Assembly: GCA_049700215.1 (NCBI GenBank)
Contig: JBNAVT010000043.1
Coordinates: 1-11,897 of the forward strand
From: Thermoproteota archaeon
GTDB taxonomy: Archaea; Thermoproteota; EX4484-205; JAAOZP01
Direction of reading: 5' to 3'
Length of the DNA stretch: 11,897 nt
Under the pieces are notes generated by a model, which saw nothing but the letters and a program-made list of their open reading frames with translations, was not told where the DNA came from and did not search any database. Both the position numbers and the translations under genes were made by a program. Shown here one piece after another: positions 1 to 7,776 of the stretch (its first letter is position 1; every line of letters starts with the position of its first letter).

Positions 1-28
1 GCCTCAAACTCCTCGCTTAAACAAGCGG

Positions 29-41
29 ATATAAGCTTTTG
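29..41 (-). promoter_or_regulatory. Putative archaeal BRE/TATA promoter for a gene beyond the left edge of the window
   Basis: The minus strand reads CAAAAG-CTTATAT, a purine-rich BRE followed by a TTATA box. GAGGAG follows about 15-20 nt downstream. The downstream gene is not in the window. Confidence 0.45.
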
Positions 42-166
42 AAAAACGATGCGGACCCTGCGGGTCGAACTATTATAGTGTCATGCTAATTCTCATATAG
101 CATTTAGATCGATGGTTATGCCCAACATTAATGGCTTGAGCCATGTTTTAGCATTTTATACAGGGG

Positions 167-1201
167 TTAAGAGCAAGTCGGATTCTTTTTCTCCCCCTTC
201 AGGATTGATGTTACTAGAGAAATGTCGAATTTTGGTGTCCCATCGACATAGCAGAGACCGAAACACGCGTGTACAGGGCTATTCTCACTCTTTATTTTCC
301 TGTGAAACGGGTTGTCCCGCCACTCGTATATGAATACGCCACGTATTCTACCCGAGTAATCCCTATTGACCCGGCTTATCACCTCGGATAATTGTAGATA
401 AACTCTCATAAAGTTATTCACATCCTGAATAGGAATTATCTTCTTTCCATCCAGCGTCTCGATGCTACCTGTTTTTCTCTTCGTCTTTACTATTTTAAAG
501 CCAACTCCAGCGTGAAGACCTGTTTCGCTGATTATAAGTGGCTTATCATACTTTTCAAGCTCGTTCAAAAGGCTGCGGAGCATAAACTCGAACCTAGCCA
601 GTCTCAAGTTAGCTTCCCTCGCGTCCGTAAGAAACCTCTTATTGTGTTCAAAAGCACCTAGCGTGAACCAGTCTTTTGCCTCCATAGGATAGCAGTTAAC
701 GGAACATATGTCTACAGCTTCAACAATCGGCAAAATCCATTCTTTCACTTTTCCATCTGCATCTAAACCAAATCCCTCCATAGCGTAGGTAACTGGAGTA
801 TCGAATCCGTGTTCTCGAATCAGTTTCCTAGTTGCAGCAATCAAGTTCGAAAGCGCGAATGCTAATCTTCCCGTAAACTTCCAGTTGGGCGGTTCACCCT
901 CCGTGTATTCTCTAAGTTCATTTCCCAAGCATATTGCGGTTAAGGGAACGTCCAATTCATGGGTCCTAAGAATATGTTCCTGCTTGATTTCGCTACACCA
1001 GCCTTTCAGAAGATTTTCAGAATCCACATGGATCCCCGCGTACAGGCTCATATTCAGCTTCTTAATAATTCCAGCGATTTTTTCAGAATGCTCGTAGTTG
1101 TAGGTTCTGACCGCGTTAATACCAGTCTTCGCAGCCTGGCTAAAACCTGAGTTCTCAATCCTTCTGACACCAGAAGGGTGAAACCATGCGCCGATAATCA
1201 T
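167..1201 (-). CDS. Clan GH-A (beta/alpha)8 glycoside hydrolase, GH17-like; no signal peptide (344 aa)
   Basis: Motifs occur in the expected order: GINAVRTY, ICLGNE (acid/base E95), PVTYA, VDICSVNCYP, KPLIISETG (nucleophile E226), GVFIYEWRD and C-terminal FGLCYVDGTPKF. These resemble the GH17 motifs VGNE, NxYP, ETGW and FGLF..DG.PKY. ATG at 1201, TAA at 167-169, GTGGTG RBS-like sequence about 8 nt upstream. Confidence 0.8.
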   Translation of the reverse strand: MIIGAWFHPSGVRRIENSGFSQAAKTGINAVRTYNYEHSEKIAGIIKKLNMSLYAGIHVDSENLLKGWCSEIKQEHILRTHELDVPLTAICLGNELREYTEGEPPNWKFTGRLAFALSNLIAATRKLIREHGFDTPVTYAMEGFGLDADGKVKEWILPIVEAVDICSVNCYPMEAKDWFTLGAFEHNKRFLTDAREANLRLARFEFMLRSLLNELEKYDKPLIISETGLHAGVGFKIVKTKRKTGSIETLDGKKIIPIQDVNNFMRVYLQLSEVISRVNRDYSGRIRGVFIYEWRDNPFHRKIKSENSPVHACFGLCYVDGTPKFDISLVTSILKGEKKNPTCS

Positions 1202-1238
1202 GGTTCTACACCACAGGCAAGTATGTTCGATAAACTAA

Positions 1239-1255
1239 CTTAAAAATATTTTCTG
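1239..1255 (-). promoter_or_regulatory. Putative BRE/TATA promoter of the glycoside hydrolase gene
   Basis: The minus strand reads CAGAAAA-TATTTTTAAG, about 40-55 nt upstream of the ATG at 1201, within an 86-nt AT-rich intergenic gap. Confidence 0.5.
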
Positions 1256-1287
1256 AACGTTTAGGCTAGAGAAAGACATCTTTCAAA

Positions 1288-3165
1288 CTAGTACGGAAGT
1301 ATCCACATGTTTTTCAAAATCAACCCAATAGCTACGCTGATCGTTATAATTAAACCAACCCCCAGGGAAATCCCGGCGACTATCGCATTCCTGTAGCGGG
1401 ACCAGAAGTCTCGCCCTATCCTTTCTTCAACAAGTTTTCCAATAATCATCCCTACCAGTAAGGAGACAGAGTATGGCAATGGTTGCGCTGCGCCTGCAGA
1501 CAGAGCTATGATAGGAATGCCTAGGCGGGTCGCCTCGGAGACAGCGAAAACAATAAGGCCAATCGTGAAGAAGCCGGCTACGAGAAGCGGGTTGAGCAGG
1601 CCAGCTGCACCCCCTGAGGCGAACAGGCGGAGCCATCGAGCCTGAATCGGCCAGTAAATATTCGTACCCGGGTAAACGTTAGACGGCATCGGCGCGATGT
1701 TCCAGAAGGCAGACACGTAGATGAAGCCAACCAGCCAGACGATTGGGAAAACCAGGAAGTACGTCTTATACATTGTCTTTGAAGGCGTGTCGCAAAGTTG
1801 GCCGATCTTCATGAAGTAGCAAAAATCAGCTCCGAAAGTCGTGATGATCAGTGGGCCGAACCAGATTCTGGTATCGTTAAAGCCTGTTGCACTCATGTAG
1901 GCGAGGAACACTCCCTCCTTAAGATATGGAACATCCTGCTTAAAGCCGACGACCCCATAGGACCTTGTGCCCACTAGAGTGTATATGAATGACCACCCGG
2001 AGGAAAGAGCGAGAAGCAGCAGAAGAAACGTTACTGGGAGACCAGGAATCAGGTAGGCAAAAAGAGCAACAGACCCAACGGTTGAGCCGAAGAACAGTGC
2101 TAGAAGGAACCATAATGGGTAATTGTCAACACCCTTGCCGACCCTTATTCTTAAAAGACTCTTTAGAGAGTTGATGAAAATTTGAGGATTCCTCAGTATG
2201 GGGAGAACGCCCGCAGCAATTGCTAAGCCTATTATTGGGCTTACCCAAAGCTCAAAAAGCGAATGCTGGTATATTGTTGAAAGAGAGGAGCCTGGAGACC
2301 AATAGCTGAACAGACCCTTAAGGGCTGGCAACGGTGATTCGGAGCTTGTGAGAAAACACCCGAAGAAGTAGAAAGCCATTCCGCTTGCAAACAAGGTTAG
2401 GACGACGTTTACTGGAAGTATGAAGCCTGTTACGATGCTTATGATATCAGTCGCTACCCCGAACGAAGCTCCAGGTAGAAACGGCTCTATTCTGCTAGTA
2501 AGGTCTATCCAGGGAATTGGAATCGTCGTATAACCCAGTACCAGCGCCGGGAAATAGACTAGAAGCCCGTAGATGAAGCCTAGCGCCGCAGACAGTGTGA
2601 AAACCCTGGTTCTCCTAGGATCCACTCTCTCTGAAAGCGTTAGAATAGCGTCAGCCCCGACTTGAGCAGTTGGAAACGGCAGGTCCTCAACCTCGATGAA
2701 CATGCTTTTCGCAATGAACGCCATCGACATGTCTGCAAGCTTCCAAAGGAGCCCTCCAACTAGAGATAGGAGAATAGGGGTGGCGAAGCTTGGCGAGAAA
2801 AACGTTCTATAGATGAACAGGTTTGTCTCTGGAGCTGGAGCCCACCAATCCGGTATGTTTAACCCGTAGGCGTAGGGACTGGTTCTAAACCAGGTGGCAT
2901 ATATCCACTGGATGCTTATAACCTCAAAGCAGATTTGATGCCCCATCATCCATATTAGGAATGCCTCTTGCCTGCTTAACGGGCATCCAGCCAGAAAACC
3001 GAGTTCAACGGCAAACAGTAGCAGAGTATACTGGATCCCGGAGCTAAGGTTACCGCCGCTGTAAAGCTGGTACCATATTGCCGCCGGCAAAAGAACCACT
3101 ACGCCGTAGAGTATCACTAGTAAGGATCTCCAGGTTAACCCTGAGACGCCTTTAACACTATTCAT
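1288..3165 (-). CDS. OPT (oligopeptide transporter)-superfamily polytopic membrane protein (~625 aa)
   Basis: Highly hydrophobic throughout. It has an OPT-like N-terminus (GLTWRSLLVIL), a 'PLSRQE' segment, an 'FIEVEDLPFPTAQ' motif and a C-terminal 'IVAGISLGVGL'. I moved the start from 3213 to the ATG at 3165 because AAGGAGG (3181-3175) lies 9 nt upstream and that ATG overlaps the upstream gene's stop (ATGAATAG). TAG at 1288-1290. Confidence 0.8.
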   Translation of the reverse strand: MNSVKGVSGLTWRSLLVILYGVVVLLPAAIWYQLYSGGNLSSGIQYTLLLFAVELGFLAGCPLSRQEAFLIWMMGHQICFEVISIQWIYATWFRTSPYAYGLNIPDWWAPAPETNLFIYRTFFSPSFATPILLSLVGGLLWKLADMSMAFIAKSMFIEVEDLPFPTAQVGADAILTLSERVDPRRTRVFTLSAALGFIYGLLVYFPALVLGYTTIPIPWIDLTSRIEPFLPGASFGVATDIISIVTGFILPVNVVLTLFASGMAFYFFGCFLTSSESPLPALKGLFSYWSPGSSLSTIYQHSLFELWVSPIIGLAIAAGVLPILRNPQIFINSLKSLLRIRVGKGVDNYPLWFLLALFFGSTVGSVALFAYLIPGLPVTFLLLLLALSSGWSFIYTLVGTRSYGVVGFKQDVPYLKEGVFLAYMSATGFNDTRIWFGPLIITTFGADFCYFMKIGQLCDTPSKTMYKTYFLVFPIVWLVGFIYVSAFWNIAPMPSNVYPGTNIYWPIQARWLRLFASGGAAGLLNPLLVAGFFTIGLIVFAVSEATRLGIPIIALSAGAAQPLPYSVSLLVGMIIGKLVEERIGRDFWSRYRNAIVAGISLGVGLIITISVAIGLILKNMWILPY

Positions 3166-6100
3166 GGTTCCCAGCCTCCTTAAATTTCCCACGCATATCG
3201 CGGGCTTTCTCAATTGCTTCCAGCTTGTCTTCTGCGGGAAGGGTCCTCCAAATAAGCAGTTGTTTGCGAAGACTGTCTACAAACCGGTATCCTGCTTTTT
3301 GCCACATGTACAGCGTGCCAGATTTTCTATTTAGACGGAGAGCGTATTTGAAATTATTTTCGCCAGCGTCTTTGCGAATCAGTATCTCAGCCCTCTGCGA
3401 GATCCCCATGTCGAAAGGAGGTAGAGTAGCGTCGACGATTATAATCTTCTCAACAGCCCCGTCTTCAACCCTTTTAGACAATGCTAGATTATCAGTTCTG
3501 AAGGCGCCGACTTCAGCTGTTGTGAAAGCATTGAAAAACTCGATTAAAAACATTATGATCCCATCGGTTTCCTCAGGCGAGGAGGTGAAGGGCAACGGTA
3601 TGTCCCAGACGTCACCCTTAGGCTTGGTTCTAAGCTTCCAAACTCTTTCAACTGAGGGCGTGACCAGCCTTGAAGCCTTCGTAACAGGGTACACGGAGGA
3701 TGCTATCGTGGTTAATATCGATATTGAGACTGTTAAAATTACGATCGTTGAGGAGAAGTTTGGGTAAAAGTCTTTCGGCATCAATTGAAACATGTAGAGG
3801 AGATTGGTTCCCACAAGCCCAACAACATACCCTAGGACCGCCGCCACAACGGAGTATACTAGCGTTTCCGATAGAAAGAGGCCGGCAACATGCAGGGGCG
3901 AGAGCCCCAGTGAGCTGAAAATACCGATTTCTCTAACACGCTCATACACGTTGGCCAGCATCGCATCCAAGATTGCCAGAGCGGCAATGATAATCGGGAA
4001 AGCAAGATGCTCAATTCCCCTGAGGGAGAACCATGCTTGCTGCTGGAAATTGGCCCTCTGACCCTCGGCGCTAGCATAAACGACAAACGGAAGCCTGTTC
4101 GACAGGCTTTGAGCGAACTCGAAAACCCTGCTTTGATTACGGAATTTAGCGACTATCTGCATCGGAGGATAGCCCAATCTTTCCGCCAGCGAGTATGGAA
4201 CTATAAGTATAGATTGAGCAGGAATATGCTGGATGCCGCCTGCCCACTGGACCCCCCAGTTGATTGGCGTCACCTCATGTAGGTTTAAATCCACCAGGCT
4301 GTTGAGAACGGAAGAGTCGAAGATTCCGACGATAGTCAGATTGGCATTGCCGACGTAAATTACGTCGCCTATTCTCCAGCCACACGCATCTGCAGCCTCT
4401 CTCGGTATTATAGCCGTGTATAAACCGAGTTTTCCGGAGCAATCCGGAAGAGTAATGCCCTGTTCGAAGATAGGGTCTTCCGGCACAACCGCCAGCAAAG
4501 CCGAGAACACGTATTGTGTTTCGGTCATGTTATCCATGACCCTGGAAACCTTTATCTTCGTTCCGGGAACCTGTCCTCCCAATACTGACACGTAGCCGCT
4601 GGAAGTATAGATCCAGCTTCTTGGACATATTTCAGCCTCATCCCCGATCTCCACTTTAAGAAGGCCACTCAGATAGGATGGCAGATACTTGAATTCACTT
4701 ATCAGGATTCCGTCATAGTAGGTTTTCCCAGGTTTCGGAATTGTTCTGACTATTGATATCAGGTATATGGATGTTAACGAAATAAGGGAGAACACTATCA
4801 ACGTGATTGTTACAAGTGTAAGAGTAGTCCGAAGCCTTCTCTTCCTCATGTTAGATATGCCCATTGAAAAAGCTATTAGAACCGCACCGAACCGGCTTAT
4901 CTCGGCGAAATGTTTTCCGATGACCTCCTCTCTAAACGCCCTGATAAAGCTCGATATCCTACCCCACAGTATTCCTATGATGGGGGTGACGAAAACTAGG
5001 ATTGCTATGCCAACCAGCATTATATAGATGTTTGTCGCTAAGTGGAAACCCGGGTGGAACCAGTAGAGCAAAAACGTAAAAAGCGCGAAGACTCCGCATG
5101 CATACAATATTTTCCGCAGACCGCTCCTAGGCGAGAACATGAGTTCAACCAAGAGTATTGAAAACGGAACCAAAAGTATGAAAAAGAACAGGGTTGATGA
5201 AATTATCTCGAAAATTAGACCCCTTGTGAACGTGTAAGCGTTTATCTCGCTCTGCCAGGCAGCGTAAGTAGCGTAGACTACTCGAGAATAGTTAAACCTG
5301 GCTTCTGCCGAGAAACATTTTGAAGCCTCGCTCAACAGATTGCCCGCATCGTTTGAAAACTCTAGAGCAGGAGCGCTCGTAGCTAGGTAGCTCGAAGCCA
5401 AGTCAAGCCTGTACTTGTTCAAGAGATGGAAATCCTTAACCAGTCTTAAAGGCGTGGCTAAGATCTTTAATGTCTCACCCTGTTTAACAGAGAATCCTCG
5501 GCCCTCAGGGATCTCCTCAGTAATGTTTTTCAAAACTCCCTGGGGGAAAGGTATACCTGGGCTGTAAACTATAACCTCGATAGGCACGTCTTCAGGGATA
5601 AATATCATCGTTATGTCCTCGCCCTCGATGAAGCTGTCGCGAACATAGCCATATGATGTAGGCGGAGTATGGCCCCGCAAATCTAGAACAGAAATGCTCC
5701 CGAGCAGGTTCACAGGCGGAATAAGGTTGAATAAGACTATTGAGCCGCATGGGAAGACTGGAAAATAGCGGGGTGCGTCCGGAGTACCGATGCGCCCACT
5801 ATCAACCTGGAAAGAAATAGGGTACACGTCGGATCTCTGCTGCCAAAGCTCCGGGGCATATGTAATGCTTCCATTCTCATTGAAGACGAATGCCTCAACC
5901 ACAACTTGGGGAACCGCGACCTCAGCGACACCCACACCCAGCTGCTGCGCACCCGTGTAGGTTGTCTCCGAAGGCAGCCCGTGGACAACAAAAACGCCGT
6001 TCTCATCCGCCCTACATAGCGAGTAGAAATGTGGGGAATACCCGCCTTCCATATAAGAGAGACGGATTGAAACCAGCGCGTGAGGCACCCCCTCAAACCA

Positions 6101-7744
6101 TCCCTTTGCATAATTGTACGTAACAATCCTCCCAGTCAAAGTAACGAATCCTCCCGCGTTTGGCTGTAAAGCATACCTCGTTGGCCCAATACCCTTGCTC
6201 CCGAAGCCAGGACCATTTATCAGGCTTGAAGCCAAGGCCGCAGCAAACCTAACCTGTTTCTTAATGTTCTCGAACCTTCTCGGAGAGCCGAGACTATTCT
6301 CGTAAGTGTCTGAAGGAGTGGAGCAGAGGGTTCTGAAAGAGTTTGCGGTAGCTATTGTTATGCCGACTCCTCCGGCTACAACATAAGGTTCATGGTCGAA
6401 GGCCAGGTTAGCCGGCAAGTATACTCTCCACTCTCTCACGCGTAAACCGTCTTCAACATTTATATTAAGCCCCAGGTCCTGGAGGATGCTCTTCACCTCG
6501 GACTGCGACCCGAATAGTCTGTCACGGAGCCACGTATACCTTGGGAGAGAGGCCTCGAAATAATAGTTGTACCCGCAGAAGAACACTCCTAGATCGCTCA
6601 CGTCGGATGCCAGATCGAAGTTTATCCAGATGCTGATCCTCTTGCTTGTTTCCTCGAAGTGCCGCTCCACAAACTCTCTAGAGCCCTTTAACCCTCCGTA
6701 GTGAGAGCCTATAGCAAGAAACCATATGGTTCTCTCCGGAGGATTATCCTTAAAGCAAGAAGCCAGCTCCATGATCATTGCGATGCCTATGGCCTCGTCT
6801 GCTCCAGGAGCCGCTCCAACTATATACGATTGAGAATCATAGTATGCGCTTAAAACCACAACCTCTTCTCTCCTGCCGGGTATTACGCCAAGAATATTCC
6901 GAGCCGGCTTTTCCTCCCAGGAAGCATTCAGCCTGATTCTTACCTTAACCTCACTGGTTGCCAGAAGGCTAATAAGATTCTCCGCATCCCTCTTTGAAAC
7001 CACGAGCCTGGGAATATTCAACGGGACGCCTAGCTGGTTAACTCCTCCCCTGAAAGCCAACCGGGGTGCGTCAGGAAGCCTAGTGTTTAAAGAACTTTGA
7101 ACATTATTATAGATTTCGGGTTCGACGAATATCACTGCTTTAGCACCAAACATCACCGTGTGAACCCAGTTCCCACTGTTTTCATAGTCCACCAGCACTA
7201 TCGTATCATTAAGGTTCTTTCCATCAAGCTCCGGCAGAGATGCCTTCCCCACGTAGACTAGTCTTCCCTCAACACCCTCCGGGGGAGTCCTGCCCGGGTT
7301 TAGGCCCATCGGGTACATTGTTGAAACATTGCCAAGGGTAAACTGGAGGGGGGATATGACTTGGACGCTTGCCTTGTGAATTACTGGAACGAGGACCGTG
7401 AAGTTTTCAAAGTAACCGTAAGGACCAGGTTTAAGACCATTTTTCACGAAGTTTTCATAAATATACTTCGCCGCAGCTTCATAGCCAGGGTAGCCGGGAG
7501 ACCTGCACCCTAGGCTAGATAGATACTTCACATGCTCGCGAATCGCATCGGTGTTTATGGTGTTCGCAATCTCGATGTTTTTGAAGGCCCGCAGCCCGTC
7601 TCCCCTAGCTTGAGGAGCAATGTTTAAAACAATCGTTGAGCACAGCAGGAGTATAATGAGCAGTGGAGTAAGCCTTCCTCCCAACACTGCTCGAAGCAGG
7701 GTCTTTCCCACGAGAGACTCCACCCTAATCATTCTCATGTCCAA
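3158..7744 (-). CDS. Large fusion protein: signal peptide + PA/M28-peptidase-fold domain (degenerate active site) + beta-rich domains + 3 TM + MacB/FtsX-family ABC permease + C-terminal soluble domain (up to 1528 aa)
   Basis: Signal-peptide-like LLIILLLCSTIVLNIAPQARG. M28 scaffold motifs: RSPGYPG, NILGVIPG, VVLSAYYDS, PGADEAIG, RTIWFL, GLKGS, INFD, DHEPY. PA insert: GRLVYVG...TIVLVD...GAKAVIF. MacB N-terminal motif: NMRKRRLRTTLTLVTI. FtsX coupling motif: VYERVREIGIFSSLGLSP. The start codon is uncertain (TTG 7744, ATG 7738 or 7732, GTG 7723 or 7711). TAG at 3158-3160. Confidence 0.88.
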   Translation of the reverse strand: MDMRMIRVESLVGKTLLRAVLGGRLTPLLIILLLCSTIVLNIAPQARGDGLRAFKNIEIANTINTDAIREHVKYLSSLGCRSPGYPGYEAAAKYIYENFVKNGLKPGPYGYFENFTVLVPVIHKASVQVISPLQFTLGNVSTMYPMGLNPGRTPPEGVEGRLVYVGKASLPELDGKNLNDTIVLVDYENSGNWVHTVMFGAKAVIFVEPEIYNNVQSSLNTRLPDAPRLAFRGGVNQLGVPLNIPRLVVSKRDAENLISLLATSEVKVRIRLNASWEEKPARNILGVIPGRREEVVVLSAYYDSQSYIVGAAPGADEAIGIAMIMELASCFKDNPPERTIWFLAIGSHYGGLKGSREFVERHFEETSKRISIWINFDLASDVSDLGVFFCGYNYYFEASLPRYTWLRDRLFGSQSEVKSILQDLGLNINVEDGLRVREWRVYLPANLAFDHEPYVVAGGVGITIATANSFRTLCSTPSDTYENSLGSPRRFENIKKQVRFAAALASSLINGPGFGSKGIGPTRYALQPNAGGFVTLTGRIVTYNYAKGWFEGVPHALVSIRLSYMEGGYSPHFYSLCRADENGVFVVHGLPSETTYTGAQQLGVGVAEVAVPQVVVEAFVFNENGSITYAPELWQQRSDVYPISFQVDSGRIGTPDAPRYFPVFPCGSIVLFNLIPPVNLLGSISVLDLRGHTPPTSYGYVRDSFIEGEDITMIFIPEDVPIEVIVYSPGIPFPQGVLKNITEEIPEGRGFSVKQGETLKILATPLRLVKDFHLLNKYRLDLASSYLATSAPALEFSNDAGNLLSEASKCFSAEARFNYSRVVYATYAAWQSEINAYTFTRGLIFEIISSTLFFFILLVPFSILLVELMFSPRSGLRKILYACGVFALFTFLLYWFHPGFHLATNIYIMLVGIAILVFVTPIIGILWGRISSFIRAFREEVIGKHFAEISRFGAVLIAFSMGISNMRKRRLRTTLTLVTITLIVFSLISLTSIYLISIVRTIPKPGKTYYDGILISEFKYLPSYLSGLLKVEIGDEAEICPRSWIYTSSGYVSVLGGQVPGTKIKVSRVMDNMTETQYVFSALLAVVPEDPIFEQGITLPDCSGKLGLYTAIIPREAADACGWRIGDVIYVGNANLTIVGIFDSSVLNSLVDLNLHEVTPINWGVQWAGGIQHIPAQSILIVPYSLAERLGYPPMQIVAKFRNQSRVFEFAQSLSNRLPFVVYASAEGQRANFQQQAWFSLRGIEHLAFPIIIAALAILDAMLANVYERVREIGIFSSLGLSPLHVAGLFLSETLVYSVVAAVLGYVVGLVGTNLLYMFQLMPKDFYPNFSSTIVILTVSISILTTIASSVYPVTKASRLVTPSVERVWKLRTKPKGDVWDIPLPFTSSPEETDGIIMFLIEFFNAFTTAEVGAFRTDNLALSKRVEDGAVEKIIIVDATLPPFDMGISQRAEILIRKDAGENNFKYALRLNRKSGTLYMWQKAGYRFVDSLRKQLLIWRTLPAEDKLEAIEKARDMRGKFKEAGNHE
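3175..3181 (-). promoter_or_regulatory. Shine-Dalgarno site (AAGGAGG) for the OPT gene, embedded in the 3' end of the FtsX fusion gene
   Basis: The minus strand reads AAGGAGG-ctgggaacc-ATG. Confidence 0.7.
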
Positions 7745-7760
7745 TCCCGTTTAAAAACGT

Positions 7761-7776
7761 AAATAGAAAAAAGAGG
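7761..7776 (-). terminator. Possible archaeal oligo-T terminator after the 694-aa gene
   Basis: The minus strand reads CCTCTTTTTTCTATTT, starting 6 nt after the TGA, and a second T-run (GTTTTTAAA) follows. Confidence 0.35.

Noticed and set aside
50-70. Minus-strand GTTCGACCCGCAGGGTCCGCA resembles a tRNA T-loop plus 3' acceptor strand (possible att-site remnant)
   Set aside because: The 5' T-stem strand does not pair (AATAG vs CGCAG), the rest of the cloverleaf is missing, and no integrase is visible. It would need a match to a host tRNA 3' end.
112-333. 73-aa plus-strand ORF
   Set aside because: Mostly antisense to the hydrolase 3' end, with no recognisable motifs.
167-1201. The hydrolase gene looks more AT-rich than the membrane genes (two sampled 60-nt lines were ~40-42% GC), hinting at separate acquisition
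   Set aside because: The sampling was too small, the difference can be explained by Lys/Ile/Glu-rich versus Gly/Ala/Trp-rich protein composition, and there are no mobility signatures.
3166-3213. ORF-track N-terminal extension of the OPT gene (MRKPAICVGNLRRLGT)
   Set aside because: The strong SD and the stop/start overlap favour the ATG at 3165.
3225-3767. 180-aa plus-strand ORF and the other short antisense or alternate-frame ORFs (e.g. 5737-6126, 8025-8321, 11122-11520)
   Set aside because: All lie within or largely overlap well-supported long genes and lack recognisable motifs. They are typical shadow ORFs.
5769-7072. Repeated 11-mer CGGGGTGCGTC (5769-5779 and 7062-7072), encoding PDAPR twice in the fusion protein
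   Set aside because: Several 11-mer repeats are expected by chance in 12 kb, and the flanking sequences do not align.
6215-7582. Calling the fusion an active M28 aminopeptidase that feeds peptides to the OPT transporters
   Set aside because: Both His ligands and the Glu-Glu pair are substituted, so canonical catalysis is unsupported.
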